From NCBI GenBank assembly GCA_951406725.2, contig OX597815.1, forward strand, positions 123,008,001-123,072,000: a stretch of DNA of 64,000 nucleotides, read 5' to 3'. Under the pieces are notes generated by a model. It worked only from the letters and a program-made list of their open reading frames with translations, had not been told where the DNA came from and did no database searches. A program made the translations under genes and the position numbers. Below are positions 40,699 to 54,237 of this stretch, one piece after another (positions within the stretch are counted from its first letter, which is position 1; the number at the start of each line of letters is the position of its first letter). Origin of the DNA: Octopus vulgaris (taxonomy: Eukaryota).

Positions 40699-41214
40699 TA
40701 TATATATAATATGGAAGGGGTAGCAGATCTTCCCGAACCCTCTTTCGTTCTCGAAACCCTGGACCGATATACTGACAGGACCCCACACACACATACACAC
40801 AATGGTCTCTTTATAAGGTCGTATGTCCCTTCTTAAGGCAGTAGAATATGATTTGAAGGAAACTTCAGAACTATTTCTCGGTAATCGTCTGTTTATTTTC
40901 TTGTGACGTCACATACATTTAATTAAATTTTGATGAATGTAAACCAAAATTTAACGATGGTACTGAGAAAGGACAGAGGCTCTTAGTAATCCTGTAAATG
41001 TAGTTTTTATAAACGGTGTGAAAAGTTCTACAAATTAACCTCAAATATGAAAAATATCAAACATAACGAAGTCTAGGAAAAATCTATATTTCTTTAAATA
41101 AACAACTAACCAAAATAGTCTGTCCTCTAAAGATATAAGGAATCAATGTTTTACATCTGTTATATTATTTAATGTCAATAAGTGTAACCTTCACATAGAG
41201 ATCAAATAAATAAT

Positions 41215-41425
41215 CCTTTCCACTTTAAGCACATGGAGTGAAATTTTTAAGGGGAGGGGGGACTAGTCGATTACTTCGACCCCTGTGGGCAACTGGTACT
41301 TACTTCATCGACCCCGAAAGAATTAAAGGCTAAGTCAACCACGGCAGAATTATAACTTAGAACGTAAAGACGGACGAAATGCCGCTGAGCATTTTGTCCA
41401 GTGTGCTAACGATTCCGCTAGCTCG
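41215..41425 (-). mobile_element. SINE family A (older tail)
   Basis: Core atcgaccccgaaagaattaaaggc and head ccgctagctcg. Confidence 0.8.
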
Positions 41426-41560
41426 GTTAAATAGATAATAAAGCCAATATATGTTTATAGAAGTGACACAACATAATTCGAATAAGTACGCAAATAATTG
41501 CTACGAAGAGTTCACAAAGGGAAATAACTTTGTTGTGAGAAAGTAGAGAAATATGCTGTT

Positions 41561-41660
41561 TCGAGTCTTTATCGAGAAGAGGAACTTTTTCTAAACATCT
41601 CAGAGCTCTTTATCGAGTCTTTATCGAGAAGAGGAACTTTTTCTAAACATCTCAGAGCTC
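41561..41660. repeat. Tandem duplication of ~48 bp
   Basis: tcgagtctttatcgagaagaggaactttttctaaacatctcagagctc x2. Confidence 0.9.
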
Positions 41661-41771
41661 CGCACTTTCACTTTGGAAACTTTACGTTTACAGATGTAAA
41701 TATGTATTGATGCGATAATGCATTTTAATTCTCCTTTTCCTTCATCTTTTCCTCCTCTTCCTCCTCCCCAA

Positions 41772-41844
41772 TTCTTCTTCTTCTTCTTCTTCTTCTTCTT
41801 CTTCTTCTTCTTCTTCTTCTTCTTCTTCTTCTTCTTCTTCTTCT

Positions 41845-41879
<35 letters not shown>
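41772..41879. repeat. (TTC)n-(CTG)n microsatellite
   Basis: Directly visible. Confidence 0.97.
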
Positions 41880-41880
<1 letters not shown>

Positions 41881-42020
41881 GTATAGCATGTGCATGTATG
41901 TGTTTATCAGCAAGGATAAGAATATAATATTTCAAAATTTTCAACACATTCTTGCAGAATGGAAAGTGAATAGCATTCGCAACGGAGATTTGTCTCGGAG
42001 ATGATAAAAAAAAAACTTCT

Positions 42021-42618
42021 GGATCTTTTCTATTCTGAAGCCAGTTTTTTTCAAATTTTTCCTACTGAACCAAACAATTTGAAACTTCGTATACTGGTAG
42101 AATGTGTCAAAAGTAAACTTAATTGTAAACCAGAATGAAAACGGAATTGTAACTTCTAAGTTTAACGTTGTTTAATAATTAGAATTTTAACCAATGATAT
42201 TCCGTCATTCGGCTTTATTTTATTTACTCCGTCTCGACCACCAATTTCGTGACGTATTAAACATCTTAAATGTAAACAAGCTATAGTCAGCCACCTTCTA
42301 ATAACAAAAGTTTGTCTTTGAAGTTACCGTCTAGGGGAAGCATTGATGTACATGTGTGTGTGTTTGATGGGGTGTGGGAGACAGTATGTTGTGTAAGTGA
42401 AGTGCTTCTGTTAGTGTGTGTGAAGAGACAGAGAGAGTAATGTGTGAAAGAGAGATAACTGAAATTTTTTACTCGGTGTATGTGTATATGCCTGAATGTA
42501 TGTGTGTATGTATCTGTGTATGTGTATGTATGTAATTTTTTACACATACTTACACACACACACACACACATACATACACACACACATGCAGACATACATA
42601 TACACATACACCGAGTAA

Positions 42619-42657
<39 letters not shown>

Positions 42658-43174
42658 TTTATAAAAATATGGTAAAGTAAAAAAATTACTTAACCACACA
42701 CCGAGCTTTTTAGAAATAGCAGCCAAAAATTTCTCAACTGCAAGAAAAAGTCTCCCAGACAATGCATACTCAGAAATAATTTACAACGTATAAGAGAAAA
42801 ACAACGAAAAATCACATGGATTCTCCGATATATGTTATAAAAATATGGATTCTCCGATATAATTTATAAAAATATGGTAAAGTAAAAAAATTACTTTACC
42901 ACACACAAAGCTTTTTAGAAATAGCAGACGTCACAAAACTGCTTTCAACGTCACACTAACAGATCGCAGTAACGTTTTAGATATGAAAACAAGCAATCTC
43001 ATTGGTTAAAATTCGCAGTTTTAATCTACGATTAAAGTCATAAAATAGATTTTTCTCAAATAAACTAGTTCCAACTGGCGAATAAACTAGTTCCACTCTA
43101 TGAGTACACAAAGTTTCAAATTATTTAGTTAACTAGAAAGATCTGGGGTCCTGGCCACAAATTTGAAAAGATCC
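42021..43174. mobile_element. Non-autonomous DNA transposon with long imperfect TIRs
   Basis: ggatcttttc...aatttgaaactt...aattttaaccaatga is mirrored by tcattggttaaaatt...aagtttcaaatt...gaaaagatcc. Confidence 0.65.
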
Positions 43175-43788
43175 AAACTTCTTGTATAAAACACACATTA
43201 ATACAAACATCGCCAGCAGACTCAAAACATGGTATTTCGTCGTGATTTCGCCACCTTAGTGATAGATATCAATTCGGTTATTTGGAACTAAACAGGATCT
43301 TTTGTCACTTCATAGAAAACTGGAAGCAAAATATCGCTGGTGTGTGTTGAAGCTTGGCAAGGTGGAATTAAATCAGTATAAGAAGACGAATCAAAGAGGA
43401 TTAAAATCATGACGTCTACATGTATTTTTGATATGTCCCTGCACACTAGAACATGAAAAGCATTCGCTGCGGGATTTTGTCTCCAGGAAAGAAAGACTTT
43501 GTGTGTGTATATGTGTGCATGTGTGTGTGTGTGGGGGGTGAAGATAGATAGATACAAACATAAATACATAGAGAGAGAAAGAGGGATGTATAGAGATAGA
43601 GAGAGAGAGAATAAGATAAACCTCTATCTATACGTGTAATCTATTACTATGAGTATCTTACTTTATCATTTAATCATGTGATATTGAAAGATACACATGG
43701 AAACTGATCAAACATATAAAAATGCATATTTGTATGTATGTATGTATGTATGTATGTATGTATGTATGTATGTATGTATGTATGTATG

Positions 43789-43835
<47 letters not shown>

Positions 43836-44839
43836 TTGTGCTATGTATTTATAGATTTATAGACATATACAGTAAACGTTGATGTATCTATATATGCATA
43901 CTTCTCTGCATTTTTTCGTTATTTTTTTAAGCGCATACACACTCACACATAATACAATCAGAGACAGGGACAAGAAAAGAAAGAAGCGTGAGAGATGTGA
44001 GGGTGAGTTGCCTGTGGGTGAATGAGCGAGTATGTGTGTTAACATGCATTCTTGCAAAAATGTACAATACAAGCATCCACAAAAGCGTTTAACTGTGTCG
44101 ACTTTTCCACTGAATCTCAAGATCCAGAAAAAGCAATTTCAAAAGCAATACTACTGTTTTTTCGTTATGGGCTTCGCTTTCGGTGGCAGTTATATTTGGG
44201 TACTGAGATTTTGTAGGTTAGAAATCCCACCCCACTTACGTAATTACATTACCATTTTTGCTGTCTGACAACTCTTATCTGTTTTTCCAGTTTAAACTGT
44301 TATCTTATGGCACGAAGATGATCTAACATCACGGAAAGGTCGAGCACATAATCAGGTATTAATAAAAGAGGAATGAATGATACAAAGACACATAATAAAC
44401 AGCATTCCAGCTGTGTCAGCATGGTATTGTAAGCAGAGAGCAAATATCGGGTATGGATAGAACAGAAGAGAAAGAAGGCGCGTTGATTTGAGAAAGGGTT
44501 TCAATATTGTATTCTTTTTGGTTACATAGTGTTTTTAACAGATGTTTTGAAGGCTCCAACGTAAATGCATGTATGTGTGTGTGTTATTATTGGTTAGCTA
44601 TTTCGGATTCAATCTGCCAATAGTTAATGAGGTGTCAGAACGGAAGTAGTAGTAGTAGTAGTGGTGGTGGTGGTGGTGGCGGCGGCGGCGGCGGCAGTAG
44701 TAGTAGTAGGGGGTGGGGTGGTTCTGTTGTTGCACAGCCGATGGTGAATCTCTAAATGAAGCCGCGAAATGGCAGTAGACTTTCATTATAAACATTGATA
44801 AACATTAAAAAGTCTCCTTACTTCGACAAAATGGTTTTA

Positions 44840-44900
<61 letters not shown>

Positions 44901-44903
<3 letters not shown>

Positions 44904-45623
44904 CAAAACTTCTTTTTGTACCCCGCAAAAAACACCCCTTTTTTATTTAATTATTTTTTCTACACGCTACGGAAAATACGAATCTGCAAAAAAATCGGCA
45001 AAAAGCGGCATTTTGAAATTACCCCACCCCGACCAAATTCTTCATTTTAAACATTTTTCAGAGATTTTTTTTTTTCAAAATATGCGTAAAAACACCGAGG
45101 TTATGATTCTAAAAAAAATTTCCAAAAAGATTTGTAAAATTTTTTTTTCACAATTTTTTTTTTGTTGTTAAAATATGCGGAAAAATACGGAGATTCTGAA
45201 AAAATATTTCAAAAAAATTTTTCTACTTAGGGTTAAGGTTAGGGCTAGGGTTTTAGGGTTAGGGTTAGGGTTTAGGGTTAGGATTAAAGTTTGGGTCTTA
45301 GGGTTAGGATTTAGGGTTAGGGTTGAGGCTTTAGGGTTAGGGTTTTAGGGTTACGGTTAGGGTTTTCGGGTTAAGATTGGGGTTTTAGGGTTAGGGTTAG
45401 GGTTTTAGAGTTAGGGTTAGGGTTAGGGTTTTATGGTTAGGGTTATGGAAAAAAAGTGAAAATGAAGAAATTGGAGGTAAGGGAGTAAGGGGGGGAAAAC
45501 TTCAAAATTCCGATTTTTGACAATTTTCCGGAATCTCCGTATCCGAAATTGTGGGTTTTGGGCAAAAAAAAATTTAAAGAAACAATAATTTGCGAGAAAA
45601 TGGGGTGGGGGGTGAGTCTTTCC
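44901..45623. mobile_element. Inverted-repeat-bounded element carrying a telomere-like array, inserted in (GA)n
   Basis: Left caaaaagcggcattttgaaatt...ccaaattcttcatttt is mirrored on the right by aaaatgaagaaattgg...aacttcaaaattccgatttttg; (GA)n on both flanks. Confidence 0.65.
45227..45447 (+). repeat. Degenerate interstitial (TTAGGG)n array
   Basis: TTAGGG units mixed with TTTAGGG and TTTTAGGG variants. Confidence 0.92.
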
Positions 45624-45953
45624 AGAGAGAGAGGGGAAAGGAGACAGAGTGGGAGAGAGAGAGAGAAGTAAACTTTTAAACATATATATATATACGTGTA
45701 AAAGAGTGGATCAATTGTTTCCAACCGGATTATCCTGACACTCTAAGGTAGAGGTTCTCAAAGTGGACGGTACCAGCCCCAAGGGGTCGCTGGGGAATTA
45801 TTATTAACATACTAAATTTCACCTATAATAGTAATTATATCATATATGGTGACACTAGTGATGGTTATTAAAATAAAATGAGTTCTCACCGGGCACAGGA
45901 AAGTCATTAACTTGCGATGTTTAAAATAAATTCACAGTTTACTTTATACATCG

Positions 45954-46120
45954 CATTCGTCAAATGAAAATCCAATTCTTTCAAAAGTTGCTCCATTATT
46001 AACAACAGCCACAATGCAGCATTTAAATTCGAAGAGAAATTTCCAGAATACTCTATCCATTGGTGACAGCTTGTGTTTCCCGGCTTATTATTGGATATTA
46101 TTTAGATACCAACAGCTTGG

Positions 46121-46200
<80 letters not shown>

Positions 46201-46397
46201 ACCGCGTGTGTATCGTTGGCGAGTTTCTTTCTCCGTCTTCCCTTCCTTGGACCTTTCCTTTTTCTATGTTTCTGACGAAGAGCTCCGCTTGAAACGTTAA
46301 ATCCTCCTTCTTTCTTTCCTTTCTTGAACGTCCAATAACACTACACTTGCTCCACGTCCTCGCGTTGTTGTGTTTTCTCTTTGTTCATGTTTGATTA

Positions 46398-46456
<59 letters not shown>

Positions 46457-46608
46457 AATAAGCCGAGAAACACAAGCTGTCACCAATAGATAGAGCATTC
46501 TGGAAATTTCTCTTCGAATTTAAATGCTGCATTGTTTGAAACTGCACATGTGGCTGCTGTTAATAATGGAGCAACTTTTGAAAGAATTGGATTTTCATTT
46601 GACGAATG
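45954..46608. mobile_element. Penelope-like fragments in inverted (converging) arrangement
   Basis: Arms 45954-46093 and 46453-46608 are reverse complements (one ~16-nt indel); the spacer holds a hammerhead motif and (TG)n/(TA)n. Confidence 0.7.
46268..46302 (+). ncRNA. Minimal type I hammerhead ribozyme motif
   Basis: gttt-CTGACGA-a-gagc(tcc)gctt-GAAAC-GTT-aaat; palindromic AACGTT in stem III, as in Penelope-associated minimal hammerheads. Confidence 0.7.
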
Positions 46609-47949
46609 TATTTCGTAAGGAAACCTGTAAAACAATGAGAATGCATATTGAACGTCTCAAAGTTTTTTTTATCGTAAGCGGTTAAAAGATCAGATAAAAG
46701 ATTCTTTCCACATGTTGAGAATAATATTGTACTTGGCTCAATTTTCCTAATCTAATTTGTCTTTTACACACACATACACACACACACACACATACACACA
46801 CACACACACATACACACACACACACATACACACACACACACATACACACACACAGACGTGTATATGTATGTATGTATGTATAATCATATACATTCACGCA
46901 TATTATACACATATAAATTACACTCACACACATATACGTCTGCGCGTGCGCATGTATCCAACCACTTCCAATATCACGTGACATGTGACATGGAAGCGTG
47001 AAAACGAGGAGGGGAGAGTCAACCGAGCAAATTAGCACATGTCTTCCCCTCCATTTTTCATTTATTTATTTGTTTGTATGTTTGTTTATTTGTTTGCAAC
47101 TTTTCTTTCTCTAAAAGTTCCAACTCCAATATTTCACAAAAGTGTCCGGCTGAATCAATTTCTGCCTTCCAGTCTCTCTGTTTTCTTTTTAATCGTTATT
47201 GTGACACAAATCTGTTTATGATGTGCTCCATTATAACCAAAACAACACTCAGTCAAACCAACTTGAGATAATGTATTCTTTGTATCCACACACACACACA
47301 CAAACAAACTATTCTATTTCTACCTAATATTCCTGTACCTTACTTAAATTACATTTATTGAAAATGAAGATGATTCAAAATGACAAGAAAAGAAGCGAAG
47401 AAGTCTGACTCCATTCTCATAAAGATTTAATCGCGCTAATATGAAGAACTGGATTAAATTGAGTAAATGTTCAGTGAATAAGTACAGCTACGAAGAACGT
47501 GTCATTGCTAATGATCCCCTATACAGCTTCATTGCTGGATTTACCATTAAGCAAATCACGTGCTTAAGGCATCAAGGGGAGGGACATCACAGAAATGACA
47601 AATGTTTTACGGCACAAAAGAAATCACTTTAAACATGCTAAAATAATATTCGAAGTGGTTTATATAAGAAATATAATTTTGAAGTGTTCATGGTATCATA
47701 ATGAGGATCTGATCACAAACTTTGCAATTAAAAAAAGTAGGAAATTTTTCAGGTATAAATAAAGTGGAAGTATACGAAAACAAACATTATTTTCCATCTT
47801 ACTGTTAGTTTTGTTTCATTTTGACAAAAATTTATTTTATGGTTTATTATTATTTATATGTTGAATTACATATAAATAGGGGCACCAAAATCTTTTAAGT
47901 GCTTAGGGTCTCTATGGGTCTTAATCCGACCTTGTACAGCTTCAAAGAA

Positions 47950-48470
47950 GTCTTGTCCACTGGAGACCTGTTCTACGTCACCAACTAATTGGATTTCATC
48001 TTAAAGAAATTCGGTGATTGATGCTAATATCACCATCAAAACTTTCAACTGAGCATGGCATACGAATCATCTACTAAAGCTTCCCATCTAAAACTGTCTC
48101 CTCCCTTGAATCGGTAGTTCCCTATGAGATCACACTCTTGCGACGTGAGTGAACTAGGCTCTTTCTGTCCTACATTTCATCTGGTGTACCTCCGGGGTTT
48201 GGTTTTGTTCTCCTTTCTCTTCCATCTATACATAAATGACCACGTGCTGTCACGTCCGACAACGTCCACTCTTACGCTGAAGATGCGACCCCTTATTCCT
48301 CTCTAACTTTTCCCTACCACGTATCAACCACAATGGAACATTACTCCCAGATCTGGAACGGTAACGCTGCCGTCACACACAAAGACATTCTAAACCGCAT
48401 CCAGAGAAAAATCATTTAGCTAATTGACGTAAAATCACTCACAGACACAATCAGCTTTGCCAAAGAAGCA
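47950..48470 (+). mobile_element. Degenerate CR1/Jockey-like reverse transcriptase fragment
   Basis: Frameshifted SGVPPG..VL.PFLFHLYIND...NVHSYAEDAT (GVPQG and YADD motifs). Confidence 0.75.
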
Positions 48471-48499
48471 CTTGTTAAGAGGCACTTGTCAATGGTGCC

Positions 48500-48818
48500 T
48501 ACTATGCGGCAGCATTAGCAAGTGCTTCTGCAATGGACCCGAGCCGACCAACGCTTTGTGAGGAAATATGGTAGACAGAACTATGCGGAAGCCGGTCATG
48601 CGCGGGCGCGCGTATTTATCAACCACAACCGCTTTACAACCAGTATTGGCCTGTTTACGTAGCCGTAACCTGCGGTTCAATAAAAAAAAAAAAGGACTTA
48701 CAGAATAAGTAGCCAACTTTTAAAAATACTGGGGTCGATTTGTTCGACGAAATCCTTCGAGGGGTAGCCCCAGCACGACCACAGTTCCAATCACTGAAAC
48801 AAGTGAAAAGATAAAAGA
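48500..48818 (+). mobile_element. Degenerate SINE family B
   Basis: agcaagtgcttctg core and ctggggtcgatttgttcgac tail. Confidence 0.7.
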
Positions 48819-49444
48819 TACAGAACCAATACCCATAGTATTTATGTAAATACAGTTAAAGGCAAATGTAAAAAAAAACTTTAAAAACTTAGATATGTTT
48901 CGACCAAAGATTGGTCCAGGCCATGTCTAACTTAATAGCACCACCTGATAGGATTATCTAAATCCTGTTTAAGTCAAGTTTTGTTTATGGTCCATTCAAG
49001 TAGTGAGTTTTTGTTGGGTGAGTTGTATCCAATTATGATAATTTATTTGCCTGAATAAATTATCATGTATTTACATTACACTACCATAAGTTTAATGTAA
49101 GTAGTATTTCCTGTATAATTAATTGTTCAAACATTTTTTCGTAAATTATTTTTCGCAACGTGTGTGTTCTAATCAATTGCTATTTATTTAAATTTGTTCA
49201 TATCTTACGGTATCCCCTATAATTTTATTACGGAACATACGATCTGTTCCTTCACATATTTTTCCTGTTTCTTTTTTTTATTGTTGAATTTTTACATTAT
49301 ATCCTTCTAAGTAAGTCGTTTTTATTTATATATTGGTAAGCATTGTCAAACGCTTTGTCTGTGTACGTATTCATATATATATATATATTTGCAGTTGTAG
49401 CTGTGGTGAGTGCTTTTGTATGAGAGAGAGAGAGAGAGAGAGAG

Positions 49445-49503
<59 letters not shown>

Positions 49504-52258
49504 ATGCTTGTTCTGTTCTCAATTTGGTAAAGTTAGGAAAGTCAAAGCTATTATAGACAGAATATTTCAAATTTGAGAAACATCTCTATTTTCTTCCTTA
49601 ATCCACACTCTTTCATTTTCTTGCTTATTCTTGCTTGTTCCTAATAGTGAAGATTTGGTCTTTTCAACAGTATTTGTCGCTGTCACCCAGCGAAGCCTAC
49701 CATCTTTTAATACATAATTTTTGCAACTCGTGTATTGTGATCGATATTCCTGACAAAATAATTCACAAATGATATTTCACAGATAAAACTTAGTCGAACA
49801 AAAGTTACATTTTAAGTGTGTCTTTCTGTATGTGCGTAAAGTAGAAAAAGTATTCATGTCAAAGCATGTAGTGTTCGTGAATATCAGACGACCGTACTTC
49901 GTAGGGTCTCTCAATGGATGACTGGGTCTGATTTCTTGACCAAAAACGGTACCTTATACTGAGGCACAGAGAACTCCAGAAGTTGTTCGTCGAAAAACGA
50001 ACGCACATAAGCAACGGCACGGTATACTTGGCTGAAAATAACCACAACAACTATCTTTTGTTGATTTTGATGAGTTTGAAAATCAAAACTTTCACGATAA
50101 TAGCAAGTGAACAAAAGTAAAATAGCCATTTGTTTGCGAGTCATAGTCAGTCATATGCGTGCCTGTATGTGAGTGAAGCACAGAGTAAGAGTTAGTGAGG
50201 GAGACAGAGGTTTCTTCTACAGACATAGAACGGCACTAGCTGTTATATTTTGCCTCAGTGAATCTTCTTAAAGCGTCTTATGCGTTTAAAAAAAAAAACA
50301 ACACAAAACTCGCTCAGAATATCAGCAGTAGATCGTCAAACACCAGTATTTCAAATAAATTTGCTTTCCTCAGTGACGAATAGCTACTAGACATTCTGAA
50401 CTAAGCCAAAATATTCGTTCCGGTACAGAAATCCGTAGACACAACATTCACTCATTTTTGACCTCGCTAACATTTAATAAATATACGCGTTTTTAACAAC
50501 ACACGTCTCTTTGAAAAGTTTTTCTGAGATAAAACATCACGGCTAGCATCGTTATATATTCTAAGATATATATATATCTCAGAATCCTTAACTTCATGGA
50601 TTGTGGGACCACGCTACTTTTTTACCTAGTTTGAAAAATAATAGATAACTTTTAACGAAAGAGGGGCGACAAGAGTATAACCAAGAATATAGTTTTTAAA
50701 GTTGCTTTTTCTTAAGACTCATCTTCAGTACTGCCTCTTCGCTACTTCTAGAAAATCAAACGCTTCCATATTGAAACAGTTTCAAAAGAAATTATGCATT
50801 CCATAGTTTTCTATTAACTTCAAAATAACAATTGAATTTATACAGATACTGCTAATAGTGATAAGTAGAATATGTAATGATGTGTTTTTGTGAGTAAGAC
50901 TTATTTCTGGGCTCTGAGTGAATCAATTTATGAAGAGGTTATATAGTTCCTAGAAAATTCTACCGAGAACGCATGAACAAGATTTTTCAAGTAGGGAGCT
51001 GTTAAGTGACAAGTGGAAGGCAAACATTTTTCATTGAAATAAATAGCAAAAGTATTTCCGGTTAACTTTTATTGAAAGGTAACATGTTATTAGATCCCAA
51101 ATGTCGGATACGATTAATATCCTTGCCGACGGAGGATGTGTGCTAGACAGAAGTTCTTAAGATTACAGAGCAGAAAATATACAATTTCTCTACCTACACA
51201 AATTATGTATTCTGTCTGAGGGTGTAGGTTACAACTCTAAAAACATTACTCATTTTTCAAAATGGCAATAGTATTTGCAACTACACGGTGTTGCCTTTTG
51301 TTTTTAACACCCTTTCTTTAGTACACACATAACAATTAAGTTAAATGCTATTTGTTAAACAATCGACTACATCTATTCTCGGATACAGCACACAGATTTT
51401 GGGAGAATGAGAGCTGGGAGGTCGTTGTTTTGTTGTTGGTGGGTTTTTTTTTATGTTGCTTTGTTCTGGTTTTGCTATTTTTCATTTCAGATAAGTTTAA
51501 TTGCTTGAAGTATATTAATAGAATTCTTCAGCTGAGGAAATTTGAAGCAAAACATGGAAAAAGAGGATAATAATTAACAGAGAAATTGATATGACTGCCG
51601 AAGTTTTTTTCTATTATTTCTCTTGATAAAGAGCCTACGCACAAAATGTTAGTTCTTCTAGTTCCTCGCAGTAAATACGTTCTAACATAAACACAAAGTC
51701 ACATTTCAGTGGGGGAGGCGGAGGTTACGCCGACCCCTAGTTCTTGACGGTGCCTCCCAGTAAGATCGAACCTGAAACCATGTGGTTGCGAAGCGAATTT
51801 CCTAACCACGCATTCATGCCCGCGCTGTATGCATATGTGTGTGTGTGTAGATGTATAACGGATGCATGACCAAAGATTGAAACCACAGTTTTCACGTTTG
51901 TTTCTTTTGTTCTCGGATTGTCCTCTTAAAATCCTGTCATATTCGCCATCATCGTATGTTTACCAGAAGAGGATCTAGATAAGCATCTTTGTAAAATACT
52001 ACAAGCAAATTCTGTAAAGTATAGAGTCGAGAGGACCTTTTAGCCTGGTTGAGAACATGACAATCCCTCTAGTAATGGGACCACAAGAAAATGTACTAAG
52101 TACGCCCCGTAAAGTGGTTGGCGTTAGGAACAGTATCCAGCCGTTGAAGCCAAGTGAATAAGTAGATATGCAGTGCCTGTTTTATTGACCTCGATGAACT
52201 TCCAACGTAAAGGGACACAACAAAATACTGTAAGGCATTTTGTCTGATATTGCCCACA

Positions 52259-52336
<78 letters not shown>

Positions 52337-52441
52337 TATATAATGTATGTATGTATATATATACATATATATATATAATGTATGTATGTGTATATATATA
52401 TATATATATAATGTATGTATGTATGTATGTATGTATGTATG

Positions 52442-52495
<54 letters not shown>

Positions 52496-52511
52496 AGGAG
52501 TCTTGATATAT

Positions 52512-52710
52512 TGGTTTCAAATTTTTGACACAAGGCCAGCAATTTCGAGGGAAGGAGTTAGTCGATTACATTGACCCCAGTGTTCAAATGGTATTTGTTT
52601 TATCGATCCTAAAAGTACAAAGGGCAAAGTCGACACCGATGACATTTGAACTCAGAAGGTAAAGTCGGAAGAAATGCCGCTAAGCATTTTTCCGGCGCAA
52701 TTTTCTGCCT
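52512..52710 (-). mobile_element. SINE family A (older tail)
   Basis: ggtttcaaatttttgacacaaggcc tail and ggcaaagtcgacac core. Confidence 0.8.
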
Positions 52711-53511
52711 TAGCAGTCCTGATATATTAATAAATATTTAGGTAAGGAAATGATTTAGAACTGGTTGAATCAATCCTTGATGTTTCCTTTTCAACGAAAA
52801 GGATGACCAGCTGTTGATGTTGTTTAGCTCCATGTTGTTGCTAACCGTGCAAAGCTATGATTAAATGCTTCCATCCGTGACCATCCGTTCTTTTCTAAGG
52901 CACCGAGTACGACTTAACAGTCTTATTAAACACTGATCTTGGTTCTATGACACAAACTTTCTGTTTTAAAGTGACAAAATTAAAATCTTCTAACAAAATC
53001 TTACATTTATTTGTTCCAAACTCCAGCATAACAATGAGAAAGTTATTTTGCCAAATTTTCAATTTTTAAAAAGAAATTAAAACGAAGCCCGTTTATTTCA
53101 ATAGAAATATGATGACAACAGGATTTATTGCAAAGATAACATTTTAAGTCACTATGAGGGATATAACATACGGTCACCTCATCAGACTTCTTGTCAATGC
53201 ATTTAAATTCATTTAAACTTTCTCTATAGAGGCACAGGCCTGGCTGTGTGATAAGAAGCTTGGTCTCTGGTGCAGTCTCACTTGGTGCAAGTGTCTTGGT
53301 GCAAGTGTCTTCTACTGTGGCCTCGGACCTACCAAAGAGCCTAGTGAGTGGATTTGGCAGGCAGAAACTGAAAGAGATATATTTATATAAGACTGTGTCC
53401 GGTGCATAAGTGCGACTTTCATGTACACGTTCCCTTCATTTATACGGATATGTATATATTTTTGTATATGTGCGGGTGTAGGTGTGTGATTGGAGGATGT
53501 ATATGTCTTTA

Positions 53512-53542
<31 letters not shown>

Positions 53543-54237
53543 ATACGTGCATGCAGGTGTATGAATTTATGCCTGTATATATATTATATATATATTTATA
53601 TATTGTTATATTTCGGAATGGTCATATTGCCAGTTTAGCCAATAAAAACACACGCACTATATATTTGGTGTTATTTTGCTTCAGTGATATTTATTTTTTA
53701 CATTAATCTTAATCTTATTTCGGCCAAAGTTATTTCGTCACACTCCTGTGACCGCATCAGTGGTCCTTTGTTTTCTTCTCACTTATTTGTGTCTCTCCTT
53801 ACTAACCGTCAGCCATTTTGTATTTCTATTGCATGTCTTCATTTGCGCATGCTTATATCTCTATGTGCGTCTATGTTTATTTAGTGTGTGTGTGGGGGGG
53901 GATGCCTGTAACATTTGTATCTTCTGTTTATATACATTCTTGTAATTTGTATTTTGTTTTCGTTGTTGTTGCTTTTGTTCTAATTTTGTTCATGTGTTTA
54001 CATCCACCCATTATTATCATTACATATGCTTGTATGTATGTATAACAACAATATTAGTAATAATAATAATAAATCTAATCGAAAAAAAATATATATATAT
54101 ACACACATATATACACATATACATATATATATATATATACACATATACATACATAGATATATATACATATATATAGTTATTCATTTCTATCTGTTTATTT
54201 ATCTGTGTATTTATTATGTTTTCAGGATCCTCTATCG

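Noticed and set aside
41621-41947. PolyQ/polyK protein
   Set aside because: Translation of a (CTG)n-(TTC)n microsatellite.
45227-45447. True telomere or chromosome-fusion site
   Set aside because: The array is short, degenerate, in a single orientation and enclosed in inverted repeats; no head-to-head TTAGGG/CCCTAA junction.
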